Shown here piece by piece: positions 1 to 11,364 of a stretch of 64,000 nucleotides of DNA (position 1 is the first letter of the stretch; the number at the start of each line of letters is the position of its first letter). The stretch covers positions 609,378-673,377 of the forward strand of contig CAVXIV010000023.1 in NCBI GenBank assembly GCA_963761805.1. Reading direction: 5' to 3'. The DNA is from an uncultured Acidobacteriota bacterium. GTDB lineage: Bacteria > Acidobacteriota > Thermoanaerobaculia > Multivoradales > UBA5704. The translations under genes and the position numbers were made by a program. Under the pieces are notes generated by a model, which did no database searches, had not been told where the DNA came from, and was given only the letters and a program-made list of their open reading frames with translations.

Positions 1-148
1 CGACCCCTCCCTCCCACCCACACCGGGAGAGGGGAGAGGTTAGTCAGGGTTTGTCTGCTTCCTCTTCTGGCTAACTTCTCCCTCCTCTCCCGGTGTGGCG
101 TGGGAGGGAGGGGTCGGGAGAGGAGGGCCGGGGAGGTGAGGGCCTCGA
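1..148. repeat. GC-rich palindromic repeat element: two inverted arms, left arm cut by the window edge
   Basis: Positions 1-45 (cgacccctccctccc..caccgggagagggg) are nearly the reverse complement of 71-117 (ctaacttctccc..cccggtg..gggagggaggggtcg). Positions 118-148 continue the arm (ggccggggaggtgagggcc). Same family as the copies at 49276, 56291 and 60682. Confidence 0.65.
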
Positions 149-178
149 AGGGCACCCCGCCGAGTAAACTCCACCACC

Positions 179-1753
179 ATGAACCGCCTCAGCTTTCCGA
201 TCCTCTTCCTGCTTCTCCCTGTCCTCCTTTGGGCCGCTGATCCGCCTTCGCCCGCTGACCTCGAGAAGCAGATCGCCCGGGGTCGCCAGATCTACATCGA
301 GGGCACCAGCCCCTCGGGCGGCGAGATCACCGCCGTGATGAGCGACGCGGGGGTCGAGGTGCCGGCGGCGGCGGTGCCGTGCGCGAGCTGCCATGGCCGC
401 GACGGCAAGGGGCGGCCCGAGGGCGGGGTCATGCCCACGGATCTCACGTGGACCAACCTCACCAAGCCCTACGGCGTCACCCACGCCAGCGGCCGCAAGC
501 ATCCGCCGTACGACGAGCGGTCGTTGAAGCGCGCCATCTCTCTCGGTCTCGATCCGGCGGGACAGAAACTGCACGTGGCCATGCCCCGGTTCCGCATGAG
601 CCTCCAGGACATGGCGGACCTCACGGCCTACATGAAGCGGCTCGGCACCGAGCGCGATCCCGGAGTCAGCGAGACCTCGCTACGGGTGGGCGTGATCCTG
701 CCGCCCGCCGGAAACCTGAGCGGGATGGGACTGGCGGTCCGCTCCGCGCTCACCGCGCGGTTCGAGGCGCTCAACAAGGAGGGCGGGATCTACGGCCGCC
801 GTGTCGAGCCCCGCTTCCTGGAGGCCCCCGCCGCGGCCGATCAGCGGCGGGCCTGGAGCGCCGACTTCCTCCAGCGCGAGGAGATCTTCGCCGGCGTGGC
901 CTCCTTCCTGGCCGGCGCGGACGCCGAGCTGGCCGCGCTGTTTCAGGAGAAGGAGGTCCCGCTGATCGGGCCGTTCACCCTCCACCCCCGCGAGGCGTTC
1001 CCGCTCAACCGCTACGTCTTCTATCTGCTGCCCGGGGTCGAGGCGCAGGGCCAGGCGCTGCTCCGTTTCGCCGCGGGTAAGTGGGAAGGCAAGCCGCAAG
1101 CCGCCGTCGTGGCTCCCGCCGGTCAGGAGCTGGACGGCGCCGTCGAGGCCCTCACCAAAGCCGCGACGGCCGCCGGATGGCCCGCGCCGCTCGTGCTCCG
1201 CCTCCAGGACGGCTCGGCCGCTCAGGACCTCCAGCGTCTGGCGGCGGCCAAGGCCGATCCCGTCTTTTTCCTGGGCTCGGGCGCCGAGGGAGCGGCCCTG
1301 CTCCAGGCGGCGGACCGCCTGGGCTGGCGTCCGCGCTTCCTCGCCACCGCCGCGGCGGCCGACGACTCCCTGTTCAGCGCTCCGGCGGCGTTCGATGGAA
1401 AGGTTTTTCTCGCTCTCCCCACCTCGCCCGCCGGCCCCTCGCCCGAAGCGGCGGCCTCCTACCGCGCCCTGGCCGCCGAGGCGAAGCTGCCCGCGGACAA
1501 CGTCTCGGCGCAGCTCTCGGCCCTGGCCGCCGCCGAGGTGCTGATCGAAGCCCTGGAAAAGGCCGGGCGGGAGCTCAGCCGCGAGAAGCTGGTGGACGAG
1601 CTCGAAAAGCTCCGCCAGTTCCAGAGCGGCTTCGCCCCGCCCGTCACCTACAACGTCAGCCGCCGCCTGGGCGCCCGCGGCGCCTACGTGATGCGGCTCG
1701 ACCTCGCCGGCAAGAGGCTGGTCTCCGAAGGCGGCTGGGTGGAAGTGGAGTAG
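179..1753 (+). CDS. secreted c-type cytochrome domain fused to a periplasmic solute-binding (Leu/Ile/Val-binding-like) domain
   Basis: N-terminal signal peptide (LFLLLPVLLWA). Single CxxCH heme motif (CASCHGRDGKG). The remaining ~380 aa resemble a type I periplasmic binding protein (LRVGVILPPAG..GIYGRRVE..). Clean 524-aa ORF. Confidence 0.7.
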   Translation: MNRLSFPILFLLLPVLLWAADPPSPADLEKQIARGRQIYIEGTSPSGGEITAVMSDAGVEVPAAAVPCASCHGRDGKGRPEGGVMPTDLTWTNLTKPYGVTHASGRKHPPYDERSLKRAISLGLDPAGQKLHVAMPRFRMSLQDMADLTAYMKRLGTERDPGVSETSLRVGVILPPAGNLSGMGLAVRSALTARFEALNKEGGIYGRRVEPRFLEAPAAADQRRAWSADFLQREEIFAGVASFLAGADAELAALFQEKEVPLIGPFTLHPREAFPLNRYVFYLLPGVEAQGQALLRFAAGKWEGKPQAAVVAPAGQELDGAVEALTKAATAAGWPAPLVLRLQDGSAAQDLQRLAAAKADPVFFLGSGAEGAALLQAADRLGWRPRFLATAAAADDSLFSAPAAFDGKVFLALPTSPAGPSPEAAASYRALAAEAKLPADNVSAQLSALAAAEVLIEALEKAGRELSREKLVDELEKLRQFQSGFAPPVTYNVSRRLGARGAYVMRLDLAGKRLVSEGGWVEVE

Positions 1754-1902
1754 CCGGCGTCCTCGACGGCAAAGAAGAGGAAAACGAAGGTTCCAGGATC
1801 TGTAATGCCCGTGTAAGGTTCCCCTCTTTAACCTCCCCGACAAGCAGTACCGGATCAAACCCCGGGAGCCCCGTGCTCCCGCAACAGCACGAGGGAGGTT
1901 CA

Positions 1903-4900
1903 ATGGACACGCGAGTTGTCGTTCGCAGAGGTCTCCTGTCTCTGGCGGCATGCCTGATGTTGCTGGGCCTGCCGCCGTCCGCCGGCGCGGCCGGCGCCAC
2001 GCAGGCCGTCCCGAACGAAGGAACCACTGTAATCATCACTCCGGTCGACGACGTGCAGCCCGTGATCCCCGCGGGCTGCTCCAACTACGTCTGGGCGGAC
2101 GTGGTGGCGCTGGATCAGCCGTGGACGTGGAACCGGTTCGGCGCCATGGAGCCGCAGGGCATGATGTACGCCCTGCGCCGCGACGTGGTGCCCACCAGCG
2201 ACGCCGACGGCCTGCCCGATCCCGGGGTGACCTACACCCTGACGGCGGGCAACGTGAAGCTGCGCCGCGACAAGCGCCCGCGGCCGCTGGTGCTGCGCGT
2301 CAACGCCGGCAATTGCCTGCGCGTGCATTTCACCAACCTGCTGTCCAGTTCGGTTCCCCTCTCGGGCCCGCGCGACGAGCAGCCCCGGACCCGCGCCGCC
2401 TCGATCCATTTCGTCGGGCTGGAAGCGGTCACCTCGATCCGTGACATGGGATCGAACGTCGGCAACAACCCCGCCGGCGGCAACGGCATCGTACCCTCCG
2501 GCGGCAGCGTCGACTACTGGGTGTACGCGCCGCGCGAAGGCTCCTACGTCTTCTACAGCAACGGCGCCATGACCGGCGGCGAAGGGGACGCGGGCAGCAT
2601 CTCGGAGGGCCTCTTCGGCGCCGTCAACGTGGAGCCCGCCGGCTCCGTCTGGTACCGCAGCCAGGTGACGCGGGAAGACCTCAACCACGCCCGCGCCCCC
2701 GGTTTCGATCCGGCGGTGGACAGCTTCCCGGTGCTCAACTACGACGGCGCGGTCTACCCCGCCGGCCATCGCTACGCCGGGCTGCCGGTCCTCAAGATGC
2801 TCAAGGGCAACGAGATCGTCCACTCCGACCTGACGGCGATCATCGCCGGCCCGGCGTCGTCGAACTACCGGCTGGCCGGCGTCAGCAGCACCAACACCTA
2901 TCCCAACCGCAACCAGCCGTTCCGCGAGTTTTCGATCATCTTCCATGACGAGGTCGGGGCGGTGCAGGCGTTCCCCGAGTTCGAGACCGACGATCTGTTC
3001 CACACGTTGCAAAGCGTCCGCGACGCTTTCGCGATCAACTACGGCACCGGCGGCGCCGGCGCGGAAATCCTTGCCAACCGCCTCGGCGTGGGCCCGGCCC
3101 GCGACTGCGCGGAGTGCAAGTACGAGGAGTTCTTCCTGACCTCCTGGGCGCTCGGCGATCCCGCCATGGTGGTGGACAAGCCGGCCAACTTCCCCTGCTC
3201 GAAGTCGCAGATCGAAGCGGGCGACACGACCTGCTACTCCAAGGGTCCCAAGGCGACCATCGCCTACTACCCGGACGACCCGTCGAACGTCTACCACAGC
3301 TATCTCTCCGACCATGTGAAGTTCCGCAATACGCACGCGGGCAGCGACGACCATCACATCTTCCACCTGCACGCCCACCAGTGGCTGCACACGCCGAAGA
3401 GCGATTCGTCGTCCTACCGCGACAGCCAGGCCATCGGCCAGGGCCAGGGCTTCACCTACGAGATCGCCTACGACGGCAGCGGCAACCGCAACCTGACGGT
3501 GGGCGATTCGATCTTCCATTGCCATTTCTATCCGCACTTCGCGCAGGGCATGTGGAGCCTCTGGCGCGTGCACGACGTGCTGGAGCTGGGCACGCGCCTC
3601 GACGCCAACGGCCGCCCCGCCGGCGGCGCGCGCGCCCTGCCGGACAACGAAATCCTTGCCGGCACGCCCATCCCGGCGATCGTGCCGCTGCCGACTCTCG
3701 CGATGGCGCCGCTGCCCAGCCCGGTCTCGATCAACGCCGCGACCGGCCAGGTGCAGTTCCCCGGCGCGGTGACGACGAACCCCGGCTTCCCGTTCTTCGT
3801 CCCCGGCATCGCCGGCCGCCGGCCGCCCCACCCGCCCAAGGACTTCGCGATCAACCCGCTCAACGGCCAGGCGATCGACGGCGGCCTGCCGCGCCACGTC
3901 GTGGTCAGCGGCACGGCGGTGAGCCACCAGACCCGCTTCAACATGGACAAGGAGATCAAGACGGCCAAGGTGCAGTGGCTGAACGAGGCGGGCGAGCCGG
4001 TGGAGCAGGTGGCGATGAATTTCCACGCCACGGCCAACCACCCGACCTTCACCCCGAGCGGCGCGCCCGCCACCTTCAAGGCCAACGGCTTCCCGGCCCA
4101 GCAGGGCGCCCCGTTCGCCGATCCCTGCGTGGACGACAACGGCAATCCGATCACCCAGATGCGCTACTACAAGGCGGCGGACATCCAGCTCGACGTGAAG
4201 TTCAACAAGGCCGGCTGGCACTTCCCGCAGCAGCGCATGATCGCCCTGTGGAACGACGTCGGCGGCTTCATGACGGGCGCCAAGGCGCCGGAGCCGTTCT
4301 TCTTCCGCGCCAACAGCGGCGAATGCATCGAGTTCTGGCATACCAACCTGGTGCCCAACAAATACGTCGCCGACGACTTCCAGGTGCGTACGCCCACCGA
4401 CATCCTGGGCCAGCACATCCACCTGGTGAAGTTCGACGTCATGGCCTCGGACGGCGGCGGCAACGGCTGGAACTACGAGGACGGCTCCTTCGGCGGTGAG
4501 GAGGTGCAGGAGCGCATCTGCGCCATCCGCCAGGCCCAGCCCGGCCGTTGCGGCGAGCCGTACACCGATCACTGCACCTTCGCCGGCACCGCGACTACGA
4601 GCTGCCCGGTGCCGCAAGCCCATCCGGCCTTCACCCAGAACGAGGACCAGGACTGCAACGGCGTCAACGACTACCTGGGCGCACAGACCACCGTACAGCG
4701 CTGGTGGGCCGATCCGATCACCAATCTCGACCAGAGCCAGCGCACCCTGCGCACGGTGTTCACGCACGACCACTTCGGTCCGTCCACCCACCAGCAGTCC
4801 GGTCTCTACGCCGGCCTGATCGTCGAGCCCCCGGGCACCAACTGGTACCACAACGAGACCGGCACGCCGCTCAGCACCAACGGCGGCACCGGCCTCAATC

Positions 4901-7317
4901 AGGACGGTGGCCCGACGAGCTGGCAGGCCGTGGTCAAGGGCACGAGCCGCAAAGACAATTACCGCGAGTTCATGATCGAGTTCGGCGACTTCCAGCCGAT
5001 GTACGAGCCGGGCGGCCCGGCCTGCCCGGACAAGGACCCGGAGGTCGGCTGGATCGACGTCGCCCGCGCCATCAACCCGCCGGCCAAGGAAGAAGTAGGC
5101 CTGCCGGACCTGTACGCCAAGTCCAAGGAGTGCCCGGTGCCCGACGGCAGCACGGCCTCCCTGCTGGCGCCGTGCCCGGAGGCCGTCTCCGCCGCCGACA
5201 TCGGCATGATGGTGGTCAACTACCGCAACGAGCCCCTGGGGCTGCGCGTCCTCGTGCCCGGCGCCAACACGCAGGCGCCCGGCAAGGCGGGAGACCTCTC
5301 CTTCGCCTACCAGTCGCGCACCGACCGCGCCGACGCCGCGTTCAACGTCCAGCCGGGCTTCTATCCGCCTCTGACGTTCGGATTGTTCAAGGGCGATCCC
5401 TACACGCCGCTGCTGCGCGCGATGGAGGGCGACCAGGTCAAGATCCGCACGCTCGTCGGAGCGCACGAGGAGCCGCACAACATGACCGTGCACGGGCTCA
5501 AGTGGCTCTTCGAGCCCGACGACGTCAACTCGGGATACCGGAACTCCCAGGTGACGGGCATCTCCGAGTGGTACGACCTGGAGATCCCGCGCGTTCCCAG
5601 CCTGGAGGACGGCCGCTTCGCGGACTTCCTCTACAAGCCGAGCGCCTCGGTGGAGTCGCAGTGGACCGGCGCCTGGGGCCTCCTGCGCATCTACCGCAAC
5701 GACGACAACTCCACGATCACGAACGGCAAGTTCGGGCTGACGCCGCTGACGGACTACAACCCCACCGGCAAGTCGCCGACGCCCGACACGGCCTTCGACG
5801 AGATCACCGTGAGCCAGGCCAAGACGGAAGGCGTCGCCGGCTCGGACGTCGATTCCACCTCGGCCGTGGCGACCAACACCAGCGTCTCCTCGACCAGCAG
5901 CCCCTCGACTCTCGGCGAATCCGCCGTGGGCACCTCGCTGGTCAGTCCGACGGCGGACTCCCCGACGCCGGTGGCGACGCGCCCGGCCACCAGCACCATC
6001 CGCGTCCTCTGCCCGTACGGCAGGACCTACAAGAACTACTTCATCGCCGCCGTGTCGGCGAAGGAGGTATTGCAGAACGATCCGATCGGCCTCGACGGCC
6101 TGATCTACAACGCGCGTCCCGATTCCGTGTCGGGGCCCAGCGGCTCCTTCGTGGGCCCGCTCTGGGATCCCACCGCCATCATGTTCGTCTACTACGGCGA
6201 CCTGACGTTCGTGGGCGGCCGTCCGCGGCTCAACCCGACCGTCCGCCGGGAGCCGCTGGTGATGCGCGCCAACGCGGGCGACTGCATGCGGGTGTCGCTG
6301 ATCAATCTGTTGCCCGGAAATTACACCGACACGCCGGGCTACAGCGGCGTCAACATGATCGTCGAAGGCTTCAACCAGAACGACGTCGCGCCCTCGATGG
6401 AAGTCAGCCTGCACCCGCAGCTCGTCCACTACGACGTGCAACGCAGCGACGGCTCCAACGTCGGCCTCAACCCCAGCCAGTTCGGCCGCCAGAGCGTGCT
6501 GCCCGGCGAGACCCGGACCTACTACTGGTATGCCGGCGACGTGACCGGCGCCACCGTGACCCCCATCGAGTTCGGGGCCACCGGCCTGACCTCGTCCGAT
6601 CCCATCAAGCACAGCAACAAGGGCCTGATGGGCACCCTGATCATCGAGCCGGCCACGTCGCAGTGGACCTACGACACCGACTCCAACGGACAGACCACCC
6701 GCGCGTCGGCCGTGATCAGCTCGACCAACAGCTCCTTCACCCCGTTCCACGAGTTCGCCTTCGTGGTGCAGGACGACGTCAACATGCAGTACGCCAACGG
6801 CACCGCGGTGCGCAACCTGGAGATCGACGACGATCCGGAGAACAGCGGCCAGAAGGCGGTCAACTACCGCGCCGAGCCGGTCTGGTTCCGCGCCGGCTGG
6901 ACGCCGGAGACGGAGCTCACCGACACCCGGATGTTCCCGCAGTTCGACCAGGTGCTCCACAACAACTGGGTGGGCGGCGATCCCGAGACGCCGGTCTTCT
7001 CCGCCCGCGCTACCGAGAGCATCCGCCTGCGCGTCGTGCATCCGTCGGGCCACACCCAGGCGCACTCCTTCGAGGTCTACGGCCACTCCTGGCTGGAGCG
7101 GCCCTACGTGACCGGCACCGGCTCGACCCGGCTCGGTACCAACACCACCTCGGAGTGGATCGGCACCCGCAGCCTGGGACCGACCGACCACTTCGACGCG
7201 ATCATCCCGGACGGCCCGGGCGGCGTCTTCGACGTCACCGGCGATTACCTGTACCGCTCCTACGGCGGCCCGCGGATGGACGCCGGCATCTGGGGTCTGC
7301 TCAGGATCCTGCCGTAA
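1903..7317 (+). CDS. giant secreted multicopper oxidase (~1804 aa, multiple cupredoxin domains; MofA/MnxG-like size class)
   Basis: ATG at 1903 follows a gagggagg RBS and opens a signal peptide ([19 protein letters not shown]). Copper-ligand motifs: [11 protein letters not shown] (~3347), [13 protein letters not shown] (~3516), HIHLVKFDV (~4414), [17 protein letters not shown] (~4759), [11 protein letters not shown] (~5464), [18 protein letters not shown] (~7039). Ser/Thr-rich linker at ~5800-6000. No frame disruption in 5.4 kb. Confidence 0.9.
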   Translation: MDTRVVVRRGLLSLAACLMLLGLPPSAGAAGATQAVPNEGTTVIITPVDDVQPVIPAGCSNYVWADVVALDQPWTWNRFGAMEPQGMMYALRRDVVPTSDADGLPDPGVTYTLTAGNVKLRRDKRPRPLVLRVNAGNCLRVHFTNLLSSSVPLSGPRDEQPRTRAASIHFVGLEAVTSIRDMGSNVGNNPAGGNGIVPSGGSVDYWVYAPREGSYVFYSNGAMTGGEGDAGSISEGLFGAVNVEPAGSVWYRSQVTREDLNHARAPGFDPAVDSFPVLNYDGAVYPAGHRYAGLPVLKMLKGNEIVHSDLTAIIAGPASSNYRLAGVSSTNTYPNRNQPFREFSIIFHDEVGAVQAFPEFETDDLFHTLQSVRDAFAINYGTGGAGAEILANRLGVGPARDCAECKYEEFFLTSWALGDPAMVVDKPANFPCSKSQIEAGDTTCYSKGPKATIAYYPDDPSNVYHSYLSDHVKFRNTHAGSDDHHIFHLHAHQWLHTPKSDSSSYRDSQAIGQGQGFTYEIAYDGSGNRNLTVGDSIFHCHFYPHFAQGMWSLWRVHDVLELGTRLDANGRPAGGARALPDNEILAGTPIPAIVPLPTLAMAPLPSPVSINAATGQVQFPGAVTTNPGFPFFVPGIAGRRPPHPPKDFAINPLNGQAIDGGLPRHVVVSGTAVSHQTRFNMDKEIKTAKVQWLNEAGEPVEQVAMNFHATANHPTFTPSGAPATFKANGFPAQQGAPFADPCVDDNGNPITQMRYYKAADIQLDVKFNKAGWHFPQQRMIALWNDVGGFMTGAKAPEPFFFRANSGECIEFWHTNLVPNKYVADDFQVRTPTDILGQHIHLVKFDVMASDGGGNGWNYEDGSFGGEEVQERICAIRQAQPGRCGEPYTDHCTFAGTATTSCPVPQAHPAFTQNEDQDCNGVNDYLGAQTTVQRWWADPITNLDQSQRTLRTVFTHDHFGPSTHQQSGLYAGLIVEPPGTNWYHNETGTPLSTNGGTGLNQDGGPTSWQAVVKGTSRKDNYREFMIEFGDFQPMYEPGGPACPDKDPEVGWIDVARAINPPAKEEVGLPDLYAKSKECPVPDGSTASLLAPCPEAVSAADIGMMVVNYRNEPLGLRVLVPGANTQAPGKAGDLSFAYQSRTDRADAAFNVQPGFYPPLTFGLFKGDPYTPLLRAMEGDQVKIRTLVGAHEEPHNMTVHGLKWLFEPDDVNSGYRNSQVTGISEWYDLEIPRVPSLEDGRFADFLYKPSASVESQWTGAWGLLRIYRNDDNSTITNGKFGLTPLTDYNPTGKSPTPDTAFDEITVSQAKTEGVAGSDVDSTSAVATNTSVSSTSSPSTLGESAVGTSLVSPTADSPTPVATRPATSTIRVLCPYGRTYKNYFIAAVSAKEVLQNDPIGLDGLIYNARPDSVSGPSGSFVGPLWDPTAIMFVYYGDLTFVGGRPRLNPTVRREPLVMRANAGDCMRVSLINLLPGNYTDTPGYSGVNMIVEGFNQNDVAPSMEVSLHPQLVHYDVQRSDGSNVGLNPSQFGRQSVLPGETRTYYWYAGDVTGATVTPIEFGATGLTSSDPIKHSNKGLMGTLIIEPATSQWTYDTDSNGQTTRASAVISSTNSSFTPFHEFAFVVQDDVNMQYANGTAVRNLEIDDDPENSGQKAVNYRAEPVWFRAGWTPETELTDTRMFPQFDQVLHNNWVGGDPETPVFSARATESIRLRVVHPSGHTQAHSFEVYGHSWLERPYVTGTGSTRLGTNTTSEWIGTRSLGPTDHFDAIIPDGPGGVFDVTGDYLYRSYGGPRMDAGIWGLLRILP

Positions 7318-7323
7318 CGATCC

Positions 7324-7353
7324 AAGGGCGGAGGGACGACCTCCCCCGCCCTT
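7324..7353. terminator. GC hairpin between convergent genes (candidate bidirectional terminator)
   Basis: aagggcggaggg-acgac-ctcccccgccctt lies between the multicopper oxidase stop (7317) and the tricorn stop (7362). No clear U-tract. Confidence 0.4.
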
Positions 7354-7361
7354 CCTGAAGC

Positions 7362-10300
7362 CTACTGAGTTCTCACAGGCGGCGCCGGGCGGGTTGGCAT
7401 CCGCTTCGGCTCCGCCTGAATCTTTTTCATCACCTCGGCCACGCCCCGCTCGAGCTGCGGATCGCGCCCCGCGAGGATCGACTTCGGATCGTTCTCCACC
7501 ACGATGTCGGGATCGACGCCGTGGCCTTCGATGATCCATTCGCCCTGCGAGCGAGACGGAGCCGGCTTCGGGCACGAAGATCTGGCCGCCGTCGATCAGC
7601 GGGCCGCGGCCGGAGATGCCCACGACGCCGCCCCAGGTGCGGGTGCCGATCAGCGGCCCCATGCCCTTCTCGCGGAACATGTAGGGGAAGATGTCGCCGT
7701 CCGAGCCGGAGCCCTCGTTGATCAGGCAGGCCATGTGGCCGTTGAAGACCACCTGCGGGATAGGGTGTGGGATCGTCGCTCGCGCTGCCGTAGTCCACCG
7801 CCAGCGGCTTGCGGCCCAGCCGCTCCAGCAGCGTCTGCGAGATGAAGCCGCCGCCGTTGTCGCGCACGTCGACGATCAGGCCCTCCTTGCGGACCTGGCC
7901 GAAGTACTGCTTGATGAACTCCCGCATGCCGTCCGCGCCCATGTCGGGAATGTGGATGTAGCCGATCCTGCCGTCGCTCAGCTTGTCGACGCGCTCGCGG
8001 TTCTGCGTGATCCAATCGAGATAGATCAGGTTCGTCTCGGTGTCGATGGGCCGGAACGTGATCTCCCGCGATCCTTCCATCGTGGGCCTGGAATTCACGG
8101 TGAGGCGCACGGGCCGGCCCGCCTTGTGGCGGAGCAGGCGGTAGGGGTTGTCGTTGCGCTTCGAGATCGATGCCGTCGATCGCCAGGACGTAATCCCCTT
8201 CCTTGACGTTCACGCCCACCTCGGTCAGCGGCGAGCGGTAGGTGTCCTCCTCGTTCTGGCCGTGGAAGATCCTGGCGATCTTGTAGCGGCCGGCCTTCTC
8301 GTCGAGCTCGAAGCGGGCGCCGGGCAGGGCCACGCGCGGCCGGGCTCGGGGGCTGAAGTCGCCGCCTTCGACGTAGGCGTGAGAGATGTTGAGCTCGGCG
8401 ATCATCTCACCGATCACGTAGTTCAGATCCGAGCGGTGGCCCACGTGGGCGACCCAGGGCTCGTACTGCTTGCGCAGGGCTTCCCAGTCATAGCCATGCA
8501 TGTTCTTGACGTAGAAGAAGTCGCGGAACCGCCGCCAGGACTCGTGGAAGACTTCGGCCCACTCCTCCGCGGGCACGCGGTCCACCACCAGGCCGCCGGT
8601 GTCGATGGTCTTCTTGGAGTCCTTGCCGCCCGCGTTGGCGTCATAGACGTTGAACTGTCCGCTGCTGGCGCACCAGCACCTTCTCGCCGTTGGCGGAGAG
8701 GGAGTAGCCGTTCACGCCCTCGGTGAGGGTCGTGGCTTTGCGGTCCTTGAAGGTGAAGATCTGGAGGGCCGGTTGCGAGGCTGGCTCGCCGAAGCTGTTC
8801 GCCGGGAACTTGACGTAGATCAGGCGGCCGTCGGCCGCGTAGAGGCCGCCGTAGTTGTCGAACGGCACGGGGATGCGGACCACCCGGCTGGCCAGGCCGT
8901 CGAAGTCGATCTTGAGGGATTTGACGGGCGCTTCCTTTTTCTCGTCCTTCTTTTCGTCCCGTCCTTCTTTTCTTCGTCCTTCTCGTCCTTCTTCTCCTCC
9001 TCGACCGTCACCTTGTCTTCCTCGGGCGGGAAGGGGTTCTCGACGTCCTTGCGCAGGGCGAGGGCGAAGAGGCCGATCGTTGCGGTCCAGGGCCAAGTTG
9101 AAGTCGATGGCGTCGAACTGCGGCGCGTAGTCGCGGCCCGAGATGTAATAAAGGTATTTGCCCTTGGGGTCCCAGACGGGCTCGCGCTCGTTGAAGTCCT
9201 CGCCGGTGACGCGGCGCAGCTTGCCGTCCTCCGCGCTCCAGATCCAGATCGAGCGGAAGTTGTTGGGATCGGTCATGCTGAAAGCGAGGTAGGCGCCGCC
9301 GGGGGACCAGTGGTAGTCGCCGATCTCCTGGCGGCGGTCCTGGGCGACCTGGACGAGCTTCTTGTCGGCCACGGTGACCACGTAGAGGCGGCCGTCCTTG
9401 TCCGAAAAGGCGATCTTCTTGCTGTCGGGCGACCACTCGGGGCCGTAGCGCATGGCCTTGCCGCCCGTGGTGAGCTGCTCGGGCTTGCCCTGGCCCAGGG
9501 CATCGATCAGGTAGATCTCCTCCTCGCCGCGTCGCGTCGGAGATGAAAGCGATCTTCCTGCCGTCGGGCGACCATCGGGCCCCCCTGTCGTGCGCGCCGG
9601 AGGTGCGGGTGAGGTTGCGCGTCACGCCCTTTTCGATGGGGGCGTTGAACACGTCGCCGCGGGCCACGAACACGGCCCGCTCGCCCTTGGGAGAGAGGAC
9701 GGCGTCCTCGATGCGGTCGGCCACCGGGATCTGCGAGGGCCGGCTGTCGAGCAGGTCGCTGGGGACCTGGATCGAGAGGTGCCGCGAGGCTGCCCGAGCG
9801 GGTGTCGAAGACGTTCAGCTCGCCGTCCATCTCATAGACGATCTGGCCCGTCGCGTCGGCGCTCGGCCAGCGGACGTCCCAGTCCCTGCTCTGCGTGAGC
9901 TGGGTCGTCGGCGCCGGTCGCCACGTCGTAGGCGTAGAGGTTGAGGGTGCCGGTGCGGTCCGAAGTTGAAGTAGATCTTGCCGCCGATCCACATGGGATC
10001 GCGCTCGGTGCGCGGGGTGTTGGTGATGTTCTTCGCCTCGTGGGTGGCGAGGTCGAAGATCCACAGGTCCTGGGCCCAGCCGCCCTGGTAGCGCTTCCAG
10101 GTGCGGAAGTCGCGGGCGAAGGGGGTGTAGACGACCTTCTTGCCGTCCGGCGAGAGGTCGGCGCCGCCGCTGATCGGGCATGGGCAGCGGCTCGCCGAGG
10201 CCGCCGTCCACGGGCACGGTGTAGATGCGGCTGTCGGAGAGGTCCCAGCCGTCGCGCAGGGAGCGGAAGAAGACGGACTTGCCGTCGGCCGTCCAGCCGT

Positions 10301-10670
10301 AGACCTGGTTGTCGTAGCCCCACCGCGGGTTCAGGGGGCCGCGGGCGGGATACCAGGTGAGCTGCTTCGGGACGCCGCCGGCCGCCGGGATGACGTAGAC
10401 CTGCTCGTCGCCGTCGTACTGGCCGGTGAAGGCGATCCATTTGCCGTCCGGCGAGAACTGGGCGAACATCTCGAGCCCGGGATGGGCGGTCAGCCGGGTC
10501 GCCCCGCCGCCGTCGGCGGAGGCGGTCCACAGGTCGCCGGCGTAGGTGAAGACGACCTTGTCCTCGTGGATGTCCGGGAACCGGAGCAGCTTGGTCTGGG
10601 CGGAAGCCTCCCCGGCGGCGGCGGCGAGAGCCGCCGCGAGACAGAGAAGAGAGCGTCGGACGCGTTGCAT
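7362..10670 (-). pseudogene. tricorn protease homolog (beta-propeller/PDZ/S41 peptidase), reading frame broken at least 11 times
   Basis: Typical N-terminus: LLRFPDIHEDKVVFTYAGDLWTASADGGGATRLTAHPG..FSPDGKWIAFTGQYDGDEQVY. Recognisable tricorn sequence hops between all three minus frames near 10180, 9975, 9915, 9790, 9535, 9075, 8950, 8655, 8165, 7790 and 7545. The true C-terminus (..[30 protein letters not shown]) ends at 7362. Confidence 0.8.
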
Positions 10671-10804
10671 GGGAACCTCCCCTGAAAGGGTTCAGGCATG
10701 GCGAAGCCCCGCCGGAGCGCGGCGGGGGCAGGGTGTCTACGGAGGGGTGGGGGAGCGGGTTGCAGGCAAGGACAGGACGCTTTCCCGGACGCGAAGCGGC
10801 GAAA

Positions 10805-11124
10805 CTACGCGTCTACGCGTCCGACTACGCGCCAGAGCAAAAATCTATGCGCCGCAGATTTCATCTTTGCGCCTCAGGAAAAATCTACGCGTCTCAGATT
10901 TTGTCTACGCGTCTCAGCAAAGGACTACGCGCCAGAGAAAACGACTACGCGTCTCCGGATATCGCTTTGCGCCTCCGCAATCGTCTACGCGTCAGGGATT
11001 TCGACTATGCGTCTCGGATTTCATCTACGCGCCACGGCGAATGTCTACGCGCCTCGGAATTCGTCTATGCGTCTCCGCAAGCTCCTATGCGCCGCCGGAT
11101 TTCGCTACGCGTCAGGTCCGCTCA
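10805..11124. repeat. tandem array of 16 in-phase 20-bp units with a conserved CTAYGCG core
   Basis: Core ctacgcg / ctatgcg / ctttgcg occurs at 10805, 10825, 10845 ... 11105 with exact 20-bp spacing, plus one out-of-phase core at 10813. Unit consensus is roughly CTAYGCGYCNCNGNAWWTCNT. The stretch is AT-richer than its surroundings and non-coding, since 20 is not a multiple of 3. Confidence 0.85.
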
Positions 11125-11349
11125 ATCCGCGGGAAACCCCACCCGCCGGTCGCGCTTGGCCGTTCCCTCCAGCTCCTTGATCTTCTGGAGCAGGTCGTCG
11201 CGCTCTTCCGTCACTTCGACGCTCGCTCCCGAGAGGAGGAGGAGCAGGGAGCCGGCGGCGTTCACTCCACGCGCCGTGATCCCGAGGATGGACTCGCTGC
11301 GCAGCCAGACTTTGCTGTCGGGTATCTGGGAAACCTGAATCCAAGGCAT
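11122..11349 (-). CDS. small hypothetical protein (75 aa)
   Basis: ATG preceded by aaaggagagag RBS. Starts 16 nt downstream of the preceding gene's stop in the same operon. No recognisable motif. Confidence 0.5.
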   Translation of the reverse strand: MPWIQVSQIPDSKVWLRSESILGITARGVNAAGSLLLLLSGASVEVTEERDDLLQKIKELEGTAKRDRRVGFPAD

Positions 11350-11364
11350 CTTTATCTCTCTCCT

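Noticed and set aside
1900-7752. 1950-aa minus-strand ORF covering the whole multicopper oxidase gene
   Set aside because: It is antisense to a gene with clear copper-site motifs. The translation is Arg/Gly/Ala/Val-rich low-complexity sequence, as expected from GC-rich antisense frames. Only its first ~70 aa (7545-7752) are genuine tricorn protease sequence.
10805-11124. CRISPR array interpretation of the 20-bp repeats
   Set aside because: The conserved part is only 7-8 nt and the whole unit only 20 nt. There are no 25-40 nt repeats or unique spacers, and no cas genes are in the window.
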